A stretch of 64,000 nucleotides of DNA from Balanoglossus misakiensis (Eukaryota; Animalia; Hemichordata). This document shows, piece after piece, positions 25,301-40,300 of this stretch (position 1 is the first letter of the stretch; each line of letters begins with the position of its first letter). A program made the translations under genes and the position numbers. Where the stretch lies: positions 12,419,677-12,483,676 of the forward strand of contig CM082582.2 of NCBI GenBank assembly GCA_040954595.2. The letters are read 5' to 3'. Under the pieces are notes generated by a model that saw nothing but the letters and a program-made list of their open reading frames with translations, did not search any database and was not told where the DNA came from.

Positions 25301-28300
25301 AATGTATATGGAAATGGAGAAGACAAATGATCGGCCGCCATCTTCGCTATCTGAACCGTGACTCATGCATATGAATACTTTCGCAAATGATTGTTCCGTT
25401 GTCATGGAAACGGCAGTGTTGATCAGTTTTTTATTGAATACATTTTTTATGTATCACGCTTTATCTGTCACAATAAATCCAAATAAAAATGAATTTCTAA
25501 CAAAGCACAATAGATCAACAGATGAAGTGACTAGTTGTGCGCGTTTTTTTCCATCGATGCAACTGAGGCAGACATATATTTAAGGTTGCCGTGGATGACC
25601 GATTCTTTTGTGATGGATGTTCTTGTCGAAACCCGCTTTTAGCTGTCGGAGACAGAAACTCAACGCCTAACATTTAAATTTCCGCCATCATTTCCACTAA
25701 CCCTTTGATGGAACAAATTTACACAAGAAAATAGAATTAATTCGAGTTTACGTCATCGCGAATTAAACAAAAAGCAACATGTTTTAATCACTATGCCACG
25801 CTTCAAGGAAAACACGTCAACGTTAACGACCACCGCACGTCGACACAAACGTACAGTGGTGCCCACGATATCATCTTCCAAACGAATTTACCGACACCCC
25901 CGGGCTTCGAGTTTTGGTTTACCGGTTTTCCTTTGCTTGTAACAACCGAAGATGCGGAAGAGATATATAGATTATAATGGACTGAGGCAGATGGGTAAGT
26001 CGACGAAGCCCTTAAACACGATGTATTGATTTTATTTCACTGCCGCATTTTCCAGGGTTGGGTGATAAGGGAATGGTTATTTGCCGAGTTGTCTCGACAA
26101 CATCACATACAAATTGACAATTCACCGCGGTAAGAATTTTGCATGAATGTTATCTAACATGTATTTCTTGTCGACTGCATGTGATTTTTTATCACTCAAC
26201 TAGGTAGCAAAAAAACTATTTAAGGTAATGAGAATTCCGCTCATACTTAATTAGCATGCTTAGGAGTGTTATATTAAAAGAGCGTATCTTTTGCCATTTC
26301 TCTGCTTCGTCGCTACCGCTTTTTCATCGATCACGTCACGTCAAAGTAACTCAGTGTGCCCACAATGACAGCACGCCATTTTGTAACCTCTTCATTCTGT
26401 TCCACAAAGAACGAATGCCACTCCACATGAATCACAACATGTCTCCGATTTTCACTTGAAAGAGACGCGTCTTTGACCGAAGTAAGCCGTTTTAGATGTT
26501 TGTCTATAGCCTTGAGGCTCACTGGGTCCATCCGACGTGCAATTTGCCTTTTGCAATCCCAGTGGATATTAACAAAATGGAGACTGCGCGGAAAGCATAT
26601 TGATTGTTATTGGCATTGCCACGAACGATGTTATCTTAGCCCTTTCCGCTTAAAATGAGCAATATTGAATGTTTGACCGGTGTTCATTATTATAACGCAA
26701 ATAATGTCATTTAGCTATTGTCAATTTGAAAATATCAACTACTCGACGTATTAAAAATCATTTAAGGTGGAAATGCTATTTAACCATTAGATAATCAAGA
26801 ATCGCAGCGTATTGTTATTTCAGCCCCGAAATGTTATGTTGCCTAGTTAATAATTTTACTTTTGGATGTAATTTAGGATTTTCATCTCTTTTGTCTAGTT
26901 CACTATTCAAGATATTGAAGTCTCACACGTTACAGTCTGCTGCACAATATTGTAATTATAACGGGTTTGCTACTAATGTTTTGATAAATAGGGAATTAGT
27001 GTTTCACCGAGTGTTAATTGGCGCAAGAACAGTCCAAACAAAAGATTGATCGATTCTTTACAACGTAGAGATGAATTATCGAGTGTGAAGTAGTCCTTAG
27101 GAGTCTGAAGCATCCTTTGAGTTTTATATGATACTCCCGATGCGTGTATAGACATCGCATGAAGCCCTGACGGGAAATATTTGCTTCGGAGTCAATTCTA
27201 GTGAGAAAATGCCACGAGCACGCAGACAGAGCTGACATGTAGTCCGAGTTTCCAAAACTGCATATCAGGAAGATTGCAGCTATCCATTTACAGCAGTAAT
27301 ATGGCCTTCAGATGAAATATGAATTAGTGATAGGTTACTTTAATATCCCGCAGAAAGATAATCCAATACTTTAATCGCAAAATCCGACTGAAAAAGAAAC
27401 CCAACTTTCAGGCTGAATTATGTATATTTCATTCGTAGATTTTATCTGAACTATGGTCGAATCATAGGAGGTTTTGAGATCATAGCCCACGTGTTACACC
27501 CTGGAACCGCCCGTGTAGAATAGCTATTACAGCATTATAGAGATGTCATCGGCCAGCCAATTATGTCGGAGTTCTTCATTATCCCAGTAGCTCTTTTAGA
27601 ACATATGTATCCTTTTAGTTCTGTCAGGCGCAATGCCAGGAAGAGAATGGCCAATTATGGTCACTTGCAACCGACTCTGCAACTAGCGACTTAAATACCA
27701 ATGCTGCATGAGCATCGAATCTAATCACTGATCCACTGGCAACCAAATTCAATTGCCCTTTGATGCAGGAATGTCTCAGTAGATGGCTTGATTTCATTAC
27801 TCGTTTCGCGCCGTACTTTTGATGCAATTCCTAAGTGCGAAACATGTACTGTTACATCGGCGATGTCTAAAATAAAAGTCAGAACTGATATTTGATTTGT
27901 GATTCATTGCACCAACTAAAGGGAATCTTGTCAAGAAACATGTCAACTCTCTCGAAATTCGCAAATTCAAACATCCCATAGGGATCTTAATTTCTCGAAA
28001 GACTGAAAGAATGTGGTAATTTAAGAAGAATTATTGCATTTTCCTTTGAACCGGGATGACATAAATCTAACTCGCCGTATCTAGAATTTGATGGTCTCCC
28101 ATCTGCTAGTTGCATACCTGGACAGCAAGTCAAACCGTGCAAACAGTTTTAGTTTACCTTTTAAATTCAATCCCGAGACTTTCAGGGCAGGTCTATTGGA
28201 CAGTTCTGTCATCACAATCACGTGACTATAGGGCGGGCAGGAGGTTACATTGTATTTGCATGGATTGATATGATGGCAACTTTCAATGCCAATGACATTT

Positions 28301-31300
28301 GTGCACCTGGATATGTGTCTGTGAGTGAACGGTGTGCCCGGGGGGGGGGGGGGGGGTAAAGTGTATGCTTAGGTTGTGAGGTTTTCCTCAGGATTAATTC
28401 CACGCAACATATAATTAGGCAGTGCTAATGCAGTTTAGTCAATTACAGTGCATATAATAGACTCGGGCGTAATTAGATTAGGTTAGCAGAACTCCCGCAC
28501 GCTAATGCAAATTGTATGGCAGTAATAAATTGCGTTGATCCGCGCTTTAGAAAAACGCACACGTTCACTGAATTCAGCGATGATGTACTGTTAGTTGTCT
28601 TATGGCAAACGTAAAGCACCTTATTTGGCCTTTTTCATATATTTGAATAATTTGTGCTTAAATCAATTTAATGTCCTTGGAGAGCGTCAGTATATAATGG
28701 CATGGAGGCTTCCAAATGGGAGTGTATTTAAGACATTGAAACGTTGCTAAGCCTAAGACACTTTGTGATATAGACATACTGATAGATGGATGTCAATGAT
28801 AATATGGAAATCGTAGTCACGTGTTATATGCCAATAAAGTTATTTGAATATTTGAAAGAGGTCAAAAGTTACATCAACTGTAAAATGTGCGAGGCTTGCT
28901 TACGCTTGACCTGATATAGAACATGATTAAATCTGATAAGTGTTCGCCAGTAAGGCGTGAATGCGATATCCTGCATTTTCAAACATATTACTGCGAATTA
29001 GACACTGCATGCCAAAAACTAATATTCTCTAATATTTCCTACATGTATGTTGTGATTTAAACCCTTCCAATGTAAGGCCCATCACGACCATGCAGCAACC
29101 AACATCATGAATTTCCTTGTAATAAGTTAAGAGCCTCTGTAGAAACTGTGTTTTAAAAATGCAACGTGTTGATAAGATTGTATCGTCATTAAAACCCTCA
29201 GTTAGTGGAGAGATTCCCGCGCGAACTACAGAGAGAAGTTTTGGCGCCCGACAGCTGAATCAGTCACTTCCCCAAGGTGTGGATAGCTGCACGTAGATTA
29301 GAAAGCTGTATAAAGCAGCTTCGTGTATTGACTTAAGGGCACCGACTATCTACAAAGGAACTTGTGAAGCTCCCAGAATGCATGGACAAAGTAATATTAA
29401 TCTGAGCATATCAATCTTCAAAACGCCCACACTTGTGTGATTTGTGTCTGATAAATAAACCATAAACCATGGCCACATATCGAAGTCGAGATCTTCTCAA
29501 TTTTCTTTGGCCTGACCAAAAGTTCATCGTTCCGAACAAATATACCACTGTAAAGTTACTAAGTACAAATACTTTAAGATTGTATGGGACTTTTGTTGAA
29601 ATCGTTAATCTTTAATCGAAACTTTGTTATCTGCTCCAGCGTGGTGATGGACAGGATCGATAGGAAAGCAACTTTTACGCCACTTTTCATTTTGTCATTA
29701 TGTAGTCTGGTTGCGTTACCCTAAAGTCTAGTTATGAGAATTCTTGCACGAAGCCAAATACTCTGCCTCGTGCATAGCTAGTAACTTCAGTCTCACTTAG
29801 TTAATTTGTAAGATTGGAGAGAGTCGTGATGAGATTATTAATCGTTTTCCCCAACGCTGTATCTAATCCGACAATTACATTCTTAAAGTTTGAATCGAAC
29901 CTTACATCAACACACTTTACAATCGAGTCACGTAGGCCAGAGCTTAGAGATACCCTTTTACTATGTGTCATCAAGAAAAGAGAAGATTTTAAGTTCATTC
30001 GCACACGATTCCAGTTCTTTTTGAGAATAGTCTTCCACGCTCTCGCTGATAGTTTGTTAATTCATTTCTCCGCTGATGCTAAAGCTATAAATAACACAAT
30101 AGATCATGCAGAGAGTTTGATATGACTTTATAGCCATGATTTCTCTGGAGAATACACATATGAGTTTCAACCTCTGCAGTGCAACTAAGTCCACCCCACT
30201 ATGGGGCCTTAATTCTTCTTAGCTGAGGCACCTACTCCTATTTTTGTTCTTTTCGTTTTTGAAGAATATTTACACACTGAAAAAAAAAACGATTGATGCG
30301 TATCAACGATTCAATCTCTTAGTAGAAATGTGTGCTCGCAATTGATAGAATACCTGGCCTATAAAATAGTTACTCGCGGTTATTTACTAAAGGGCAGGAC
30401 CTGATTCCTATTTCGAGGCCAGGAGGTGGAATTAGCATCATAATTGTGCCTCCATTTTTAAATTAAACTTTCTTTTTTATAACGGGCCACAAGTGTTTTT
30501 TTTCGATGGTTAAATTTGCAGAAAATAGTCAGCCTCGAATACCCAGTGGAGCGTAAGCTATACTTTGCTTGAATGACTGTTAAGAGCTCCTCTTGGATCC
30601 GATTCCACAAAGATGACGACATCAGGTACATTTCAAAGAGCAAATACTTGCTCCGAACCACGGTTTCTTTACTAACCATGTGTCCATTGACAGGAAATAC
30701 TAGACTGTGAGATTGTTTGTGCACCTGTGCCCCTGCTTAAGAAAAACTCCCAAGGCCTTTCTTTTGCCAAACTGTAAGACAGTCAACTATCGATGTTGAA
30801 AGGGTCTTAATATTTTTAATAGCAGCTAGGAACTTAGGTATTATTCAAGAGCAATTGTCTTTAACCCGAAATAAAACTTACACAAAAAACGTTCAAATGA
30901 ATTTTGTCATGTACATAACCTGTTTGTCGACGTACAAGCTTGGACGTCGTTATCCAATCTCTTCAAGAATTAATTCTATAAAACGCTTATTTTTTACTGA
31001 ATAGAATAGAATTTATTTGATTTGATATGACAGACGATGTCTTCCTGTTCTTGTCAAAGGATTTAATGGGCATTTCATCCCGATTCATCCCTGTTCATAA
31101 AATTGTCATGACTGCCTACGCCAAGCCGACAAAGAAATGTAGAATCCGAATCCTTCTAATAACCTAAGCATCAAAGTAAAACCCTCTGTCACCACACCCA
31201 TTGCCTTATTTGGAAACTACTGTGGAAATTTCTCTTTCATCGATGTCTGACCTGGGTCACCGCTCGCTTTTTTGCATGCGTGTCAACTAGCTACTTTGAG

Positions 31301-34300
31301 TTCGCAATCTACCCAAGAGAGTACATTCTCATAAAGTATTGATCGTGTACTCTTATACATGCAATGGTCCTCCAGAAGGACAGTTAATGTTGGCGAAGGA
31401 AAGCCGTCTTGGGCACTGGTAGACTTCTTAAATTATACATGAATTGCAGCTGATATGTGTGTCTTCTGAATCATGAGTGCAATTTGTCCAAACTTTCAAC
31501 ACTGTGATATTATGTTACGCCAAATATCTTATAATGAGACATAGGTGAGACATTTATAGACATAACAATTGTTATACATTGTTTACAATTTGAACAAAAA
31601 TATATCCGTGCAAATACAATAAGTGGTAACCTGCGATCGATATTATGCAGGTCGTTTTAATATTTATGTTTTAATATCAATCATGTAAACGGAAATTGCT
31701 GATGCATTTCGAAGATAAGTGTGAACTATAATACTTGATTAATAATATACATGCCTTTTAATAATTGAGTGATGTTACATCACGCTATGGCATATTAATT
31801 TTTTTTCATGATTTATTATGGCAATGTATCTGTTATTGATAAAAGTGCAATTTCGCAATTTACTCATGGGTGTCGGGTAATACCCATAATTCAGTGCGCG
31901 GCGGCCGAATCCGGAGCGGAAATCCCTTCTATCTATTAATATTCTGTCTCGGAATTCGCGCAAAATGTTGAGTAATCGAAAAACGGCTGAACCCCCCCCC
32001 CCACCCTCTTCTTCGAACCCTCGGACTGCAGAGAGTCTGCGCAGAAAAGTCATGGCGTGAAAAGCTGCTGTGCGGCAGGTTGTGTATAGTTTGATGGGAT
32101 TATCATTATGTAGCTCTTTCTTATTTGATAAGTGAACCCTGATTGTTCCTATTTTTAAATACCATCTGTCGATGCGAAATGAATTGACAGCGCTCGTTTC
32201 ACATGACTGGTTGCCAGGAGTCGCCCCAGACTCGCCTGACCGGGGTTCAATTTTCGTTCCCTTCATTTGCAGCACGCATTTTTCTATTGCATGAAATTAC
32301 ATGTAAATGCGTGAACTTCGGCCAGAAAATGCTTGTGTGCACAAAATATTGGCCCAGGTGAAGAAAACGGGAACAGTGAAATTAAAATTTGAAATCGACA
32401 GTGTTTAGTAAAATCACAATATGGATAGCAGACATTCTGGACGAGTCTTTTCAAAAATAATAATACACAAACAACGCCCCTCATTAAATTTCAGTCAAAT
32501 ACTCCTGACACTTCGTCGTAAAATTTGCCATTTTTTCAGTATCAACAGCATTTGAATATAAAGGGACCATGGACCGAAGGTTGAATACCCGCGACACGAC
32601 CATATTTGATAGTTGCTACGCAACTCGTCAAATATGGTCATAGCACCCGAAAACCACTTGTAATCAATCAAATGCCGTTTAATAAACACAAACATTTATA
32701 ATTGATATAGTCTCATGTTTGCTTATGCGGTGTTTAACAACAGCTAACATTATTTCATAATTCATACGAAAAAACAGCATTTCAGTGCCTACGTATTTTT
32801 AACACAATTGTACCGTTTCATCTTATTGGTGGCCCCGATATCTGCATCGGTAGAGGTTGTTGATGGAACACATTGCTATTTATACGACCGAAGTCCACAG
32901 AGAAACCATATTGTTCAGCATTATATACGTTTGGGGATTAAATGTAACAGACTACAATGTCGTTTTCATTTGCAGCAACAGCTTTTGGTGCAGGTGTTTT
33001 AATCACATTTGCATATCATGAATGTTCAAATTTAAGCAAATATTGCAACGTAAACATTTGCAGCTAGCTTTGTGTTTGTTTGACGCACGGGCGGGGTTTT
33101 CTTTTCTACGGCGACAATTGATGACGGAGAATATTTTCTGCATGGAAAATTGTCTGGTTCCACGTTTGATGGTGTATTTATCTAGTATTTCTATTTACCA
33201 TTTACATCTATTAAGATAAATTATCTCCCTTTTGATAAGACGCCCACGCACATGAAATATTATGGGGTCTGTTTTAAATATGTATAAAACAATACAATAA
33301 ATAATGATCTAATATGCATGCATGTCACTGTCCTTCGCTATCATAGCGTGATGTCATGAAATATCCTCAGTGTAAATGACGTCCGCCATTTGCATTCTGA
33401 AACTAAGTTCTTCTCACCATCTGCTTTTTCATTGTGTCCCTTATTAAAATCGTGATAAGCAAATAAGACAATAATTAACTGCGCTTGAGGCTTTTCGCAC
33501 CAATATATTTAGGTCTCCTCATTTTTGGTGTCCTACAAAAACCACTCGTGGCATTTTGTGTATAATTGACTACACCCGATGATTTTCTCTGGGTGTGGGT
33601 TATTCGTATCCATGGCGACACAGTTGGTATTCTTTAAAATGCAATTGTCGTAATTTTCTCTTCCAATTATCGCGAACATATTCAGACAAACGCGAATAAA
33701 TTGGCGTTTCCTCGTCTCGCTTTGGTTGCAATTAAGTAATCACGTTGCCTTTTCCCTGCTCTACTCGTGCGCGTTTTGGGGGGTAATTACGCCCTATGCC
33801 AGGAAGCGGCATTTATGATTGTATTATCCTGCGTTCTTGTAAGCGAGTACTAGCTGTAAATGAGTCCTGGTTGGGGAGATTAGAAAGTACACAAAGTAAG
33901 AACGACACCATTCTGTCCAAATGATTCTAATTGAAGGAAATCACGAGGTAAATTCTTCTGCATCTCTGGAATCGTGTGTATTAAACGGCCCACAATAAAA
34001 CGAGTACAGTATAATCTTTTTGCTGGTAGATACCGATGTGACAGTAGCAATATAGACTGTTCTGATTTGGCAGGCACGAGAGACTGCCGGTCATTTCATA
34101 TCGATCATGACCTATTTATGAATGAAATCAACCAATTTTCTGGGTGCCACCCTCAATAGCTTACGGCGTATCACTTTCATCCAGGCATATTGGCCAGTTG
34201 GTTTGAAACTGTCGTTCATTCTCAATACGCGTTCCGCCAATCACCGTGGGTTCTAGACGTTGCTGGATGCACTGTCTTTTGCAATGAAGAAAGTTGGTTA

Positions 34301-37300
34301 GGAAAGGCAATAACAGCTGCACAGATACCGTGGCGTCGACACTTAGAGCAGATGCGTTGTTTTAAAGCTACACTTCCATTTGATTACAAAAAACAGACTT
34401 CGCCAATACTTTCTATCTGATGTCATTTGTACGCAATTGGTGCCGCGCGTGACATTAAATTTGGCCTGGTAAAGACGCGGAACACTTTGTTGTCACGGCA
34501 ACCGTTCTGCACAATTTGCTCTTCTTCCCAGTATTCATAATGCGACCATGACGAATGGAGAGTACTGCTGGTAAAGTGTGCGAAACGCTCTATCAATTAC
34601 TTACAGTGCAAGTCAAGGCTCTTGTATGTGGCGTGTGCTTTCAGTTGTGTCGACGTCTTACACAGATCCAGAATTTTTTTGCAATCACGCGACACAGTTC
34701 CCTCGCCTTTCCAATCTTAATCAGCGTATATTGTCATAATTTTGAATAGATAAGGACGGCCCATGTTTTCGGGTGTTTCATTTTTAGAGGCTGTTTAGAT
34801 TTAGCCCTAATATACTGACCAGCTCAATTAACTCAAGACATTAAATTGATATTAGCGTTGCCGTAAAATAGCAGAGTATTCACTCTGAAATGACGGTCAC
34901 AAACGCAAAGTATTAAGTGACATCGATTTTTATGTGTATTCTGCTCATTAAAATTTCAATATTTTCAACATTTTGGTTGGGAAAAGACAGGGAGTAGCAG
35001 TAACCTTATCCAAAATATAGCTTTTATCTAGTTTTTCTTGTTACTGTGGTAACAGTAATCGATTTTAATTTTAATTTTGCACTTAAAAGTATTACAAGTA
35101 TCGATCCATGGTCTCCTTGCTCAACTCATTGATCGACGAGGAGCGGAATAATTCGGTAAACTCGTTTAAAAAGGCAACAAAATTCAAAAGGTCAAATTAT
35201 TGCTATTATTTTATTATCTGGAGATGCCAGTATAACTTATAGTAAATTCAAATTGACGAAGATGCTCTCTTTGGTCTTTGCTATGTGGTTTTATGTGTGA
35301 AAAATGATTTATACACTTTTAGCTGAAATACGTTAATCATCATTTAGTCAGATTTATTCTCCTATTATTTTGGGGAACAATATTTAAATCCTGAGATAAT
35401 ATGATTAAAGTTAATACCAAGGATTTTTTCAATAAATTGTTTGCATTGGCATGACAGGTAAGCTGATTCCCGCCAGCTGAATAAAATAAATTCTCGCATC
35501 ATAGAACAAAAATATGTTATGATGGATGAGCTTGCTTCGCAAAATATTGCATAGACTATTATTTGACGGAAATAACATTAACATGACATAGGTAGTACAG
35601 TCTCGTACCCGCCTATATTGATTGTTGAAATAAAATTAACTCTCTTAGTTGGCTTCCTTGAACGAGGATGTGATGAAAATTTCCCAGACCAGTGTCGTTT
35701 CCCGCGTTATACTGACACAGAAGTAACTATTTTGTGATAATGAAAGGCAGCTCATGCAAAATAATGACAGTGTCCTGATGGACGTGAAAATAATTAAATT
35801 TCCCGCTCGACAGGTATTTACATCATTCTAGAAAAGATGCGGATTTCAAGGAGCCATCACATATTGATAATACAGACGCCTGGGTTCTGTCAGGAAAGTG
35901 AGCGACGTGAAAATTTTATGACCAACATTTCATTAATTCATGACAAGGAAATTTGTCGATTTAATCCATGTTTTTCAAATCCTCCCCATGATACATAATT
36001 TATTCAAAGCAATAATGCATCTGCGACATAAAGGCCGTCCCTTGTGCTTCTTGCCTTCTTGATTCATTATAATGCGGGGTTTCTCCCGAGAGAAATTTGT
36101 CAAAATTGCGCTGAAATTAATTCTGTCGGTCGTTTTAATTAGGTTACAGAACACAATATGTACTTTGCTGTCTTTTCTCAAGCAGGAAAATCAATTAAGA
36201 CAATTTCCCCGCGTTCATCAATAATGAACGTTTGTTTCTTGAGAGAGATTTCATCTTTCGTGATAAGAAGCACTGAAAAGAGGCCTCTATAAGAGGTGAA
36301 GCCAATACTTTGAAACAAAAAAAGACGTCTACACGACTACAATAAGGCGAACTCAGAGTAGCTGCGTCTTCACGTGACGAGTCATGTCGAAGCCGTTTAG
36401 TCTCGTCTAAACTACCACCGCCCTTTTAGGCCCACCCAGTAAAAAAAGCAAAATTACTTGGAATCGTTTAAACCCAACAACACAGTTTTTTTCATTTAAT
36501 TCACGTCAGATATACCCTTATGAATGCAATATGTTCAATACATAAACCAAGATAAACCGCCTGCAAGGTCATCTAAGCAGGCGGAATATATATATGCCTT
36601 TTTCTAGTTCATAATGCTTAAATAATTGACTGGTCCATGTCATATGATGGCCCAATGATGCAAACATTATTGATGACCCAATAATGTCTAGATTAATGTC
36701 TGCAATGTGTCAAACGATGGTCCAATAATTCATTAATTGTTGGCTTGTCCATTTCAAACGATGGCTCAATAATGCTTAGACTATTGCCCAATAATGCGTA
36801 CATTATTGACTGGCCCATGTCATACGATTGCTCGTATCAAACAAGGGCGCAATAATTTCGGTATGACTCTCTCGGAAGAAAGCACGCAGTTTCGATGTGA
36901 ATTTTTATAATTCAAAGTAATCAATATGGTCAAGAGGAACACACGGATTGTTGTTTATGGCGCAAGTGAATTATTTATTAGGAACCTGCTGGAAATAATC
37001 CCTTAAATCACGTGACCAGAATAAAGTTTCCACGATAAAGCCTAACATGCAGACTAAATGTTAAGCCTGCAATAATGTTTGCCCCATACCGTCTCTGCAA
37101 ATTGCTGAATTGATTGCAAATCTTAATTAACGTCTAAAACTTGTGAGCGACGAATACGAAATAGACCTACACTCTAATTAGTTTGTTGAACACATTTATT
37201 ATGCCCAAACGTTCGTCAAGCCTAGCGGATTGATACAAATATCAAATTCTGGACGTAGGTCGACCCCGTGTCTTCTGCACGTTTTGCATAATTAATTGCT

Positions 37301-40300
37301 GTATTGTCCGTGCACTGAATGTGAGTTTGCTGCTGTGGTGAGTACTAAATATACCCGCAGGTTATTCGTTTATATTCTCCGCCATCTTGATCCCAAGGAC
37401 CCCTGGGATATGTGCTGTCATGTGACCAAAGCCTGGGCTGTTGATAATTGTTATTTCTTAAGTGACACCAACGCCCGAAATGATGGCCCCGGGAAGCGGC
37501 AAACTTGGTTAGCAAAATAAACATATGTGTATGTCATTACCTCGTATCGCCTTATACGTAAAATAAACCCTAGGCCTAACGGCTGAGCCGGATTACTGAT
37601 CAAAAATCGTTTATGGTATTGTAGCCTCGTTCTGGTATAAATAGAGTCTTGGGCACGAATCCAGCACCTTCAGCAGCCCCGCAAAAGGTAAAGCTTACAG
37701 TCGTGTGTTTGTTTCATCTTCGTCGACACGCCATATTGGAAATACACCTCTGTACCATGTGTTGTGCATAAAATAACGATGGTAATAAAATATCTAAACC
37801 AGGACTATAAATCCTCTTGCTTTTTCTGCTCAAACATGTTCCTCTACACGATTGCCTTTAACAAAGCTCTAGGCGCTTTCTGTTTGATGTAATTTATCGA
37901 GTGGTGAAACCTAATCCAATTGTCTTCATAAAAATAATGAAAATAAATGCGAAAAATTCGATAAAATCGAGATTGGAGCATTTGTGCCCCCGTGTCTTGG
38001 GTAATTTTGCGATTTTCCCGGTGCGACACACCCATTAATTTACATAACCGTTGAACTGTTCCGTCAATCTAACTCAATCCCATAATATTCTATCCATCGC
38101 ATGAGTTACATATTTAATCAGTTAATTAAAACAACCTGCCAGCTAGATAGAAGACATGGATATTGGATAGATAGATAGTTGAAATTCTCATATTCGGGCA
38201 AATATTTAGTCGCACATCATGTAAATGATATTTGTTCTCTTATATAAATATTTATCCGGGAAAATCGAGTGCAGAACTATGTTTAATTTTCGGCCGATTA
38301 AAGATAAAATAAATTCACCATTCACGATAATGCCAACGCAAAATCGGAAAATAAGTTGAACGACCTCCATTTGAAAGTGCAATTTCTCAGCAATATCAGG
38401 CTATTTAATAATCATCTAATTTGTTATCAATTGCGCCATGTCGATGTGTATTGAAATCTACAAAAATACACTCGCTATCATGATAATAGCGCTGCCTGCG
38501 CAGGCGCAACATGTAGCAAAAGCAGTTGATCAGTCGTGCGCTGAATTTTGACGTGAATGAGTGCGCACCTTCTATGCCTGATTATCATTCTCCGTGTTCT
38601 CCGCACAACGGCGTAAAATGAGAGCCGACAGAGAAACGTTACAGTGGTTGGGTTTATGTATGTCACTTCGACGTCTGAAACCTTTGCTAGATCGTGATGC
38701 ATCATTCGTAAAACCTTACGCGATAAATCAATAAGCGCTCTTAGTCTCGGTTACCCAGACGCCTTTGCTTCTTCCGATGCTCTCCAGAAAAGGGTCTGGG
38801 GAAATGCTATTGAAAGCTTTGTAAAACAAAATGGCCGATGTCAGGATTTTGATCATCGCCTGATTGGCTGAGCTGTCAGTATGACCCGGGTCACTGCAAT
38901 AGTTTCGACAATCGTCTACCAAAGATATTTCATATAATTTCTCCAACAATGCTAACAGAGGACGCCTTTTGCCTTTCGCATCAACCAACAAGTACCGGTC
39001 TCTTGATATGAAGATACGACAAATAATCACACATTGTCGAGAGTCAGTGACCCGGGTCATACTGACAGCTCAGCCAATCAGGCGATGATCAAAATCCTGA
39101 CATCGGCCATTTTGTTTTACAAAGCTTTCAATAGCATTTCCCCAGACCCTTTTTCTGGAGAGCATCGGAAGAAGCAAAGGCGTCTGGGTAACCGAGACTA
39201 TAAGCGCTCTGTGAAATATTTTATAGCGCACGGAGGGTTAACCCTGTACAGCAGGATTTCGTTTAGCACCGGGTATACTTACAACAGATAGAGACCGCGA
39301 GAAACTCAGCTGGTGAAATTTACAAAATGATTGCATGATATATATAGGAATGCGCCACGCGGATTTAGTTGGAATCTGGCGGTAAATTTCTATCGAAATT
39401 GGAGCGTCGCCCGACCGGTATTTAACGCATAAATACGGGATTTGGAACGAGGATGGGACTTGCTTGGCAACAGATGGCCACAACGGGATTCCCAGCAAAC
39501 GCTCAACCATTGCCAACGCAAAAAAACACAGTTAGTCTTGCGACTGCGCCCGTCGATTAATCTGCCAAACATTACACACAGGACAAACACAGGTTCAGAT
39601 AATTAAAATCCGTCAATATGGCCGACCCAAACGATGGCACTATATTATTGTATATCTCTCCACCGTGTGCCACATATTGATCGAGTCGAAAATTAAACAA
39701 ACCGCTCACTCAAATGAATATCGCGTTTAAATTGTGTCCGTAAATTATCATTCTCCGTTGATATCAATTTTGGAGCACTTACTACCATAAATATACTGTT
39801 TTCACGTGATCTAATTATGCATAGCTTCACCAATGAAACAAGTAAACCCTGGGATTCACAATTTCATTGATTGGTAATTTTTTGCGGGGAGGAGGGAGGG
39901 GGGGGGGCGGAGTACAGTCACGAATATCGAGGGGAGACTTAGAAAAAAAATCCGTCTCGTTTGACTGCTTCGGAATCTGTAACCGCAACAATTTTTGAAG
40001 AAATATAATGAAACTGTAACTCTGTGAGTGTTGTTGAACTAAATCGATCTTGACTTTGTAATAAACATAATGCAACGTAATATTCGCTGAATAGTTCTCA
40101 CAATGAAAGAGCATGTCCTAGCTAGCCGGAATCCTAATTAAGTGACATTTGCAGTTCTTTGACTGCAAATTGAAAACCACGATTGTGTTGGTCAGCTTGC
40201 CCAAGCTCGGTTGATTATATCAGTGTCAATCGCACAATATAGAATTTTAAATATTAAAGCAAACGTCTCGGACGTCTAAGGCAGTTTGTCTTTTTTCAAA

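Noticed and set aside
31775-32275. 166-aa minus-strand ORF
   Set aside because: No recognisable domain, the poly-Gly comes from a C run, and it lies in an intron with no link to the gene model.
36557-36584. Hairpin ccgcctgc...gcaggcgg
   Set aside because: An 8-bp stem is expected by chance, and there is no supporting context.
38728-39291. Two opposite-strand ORFs sharing the peptide DPGHTDSSANQAMIKILTS
   Set aside because: They are translations of the two arms of the MITE inverted repeat.
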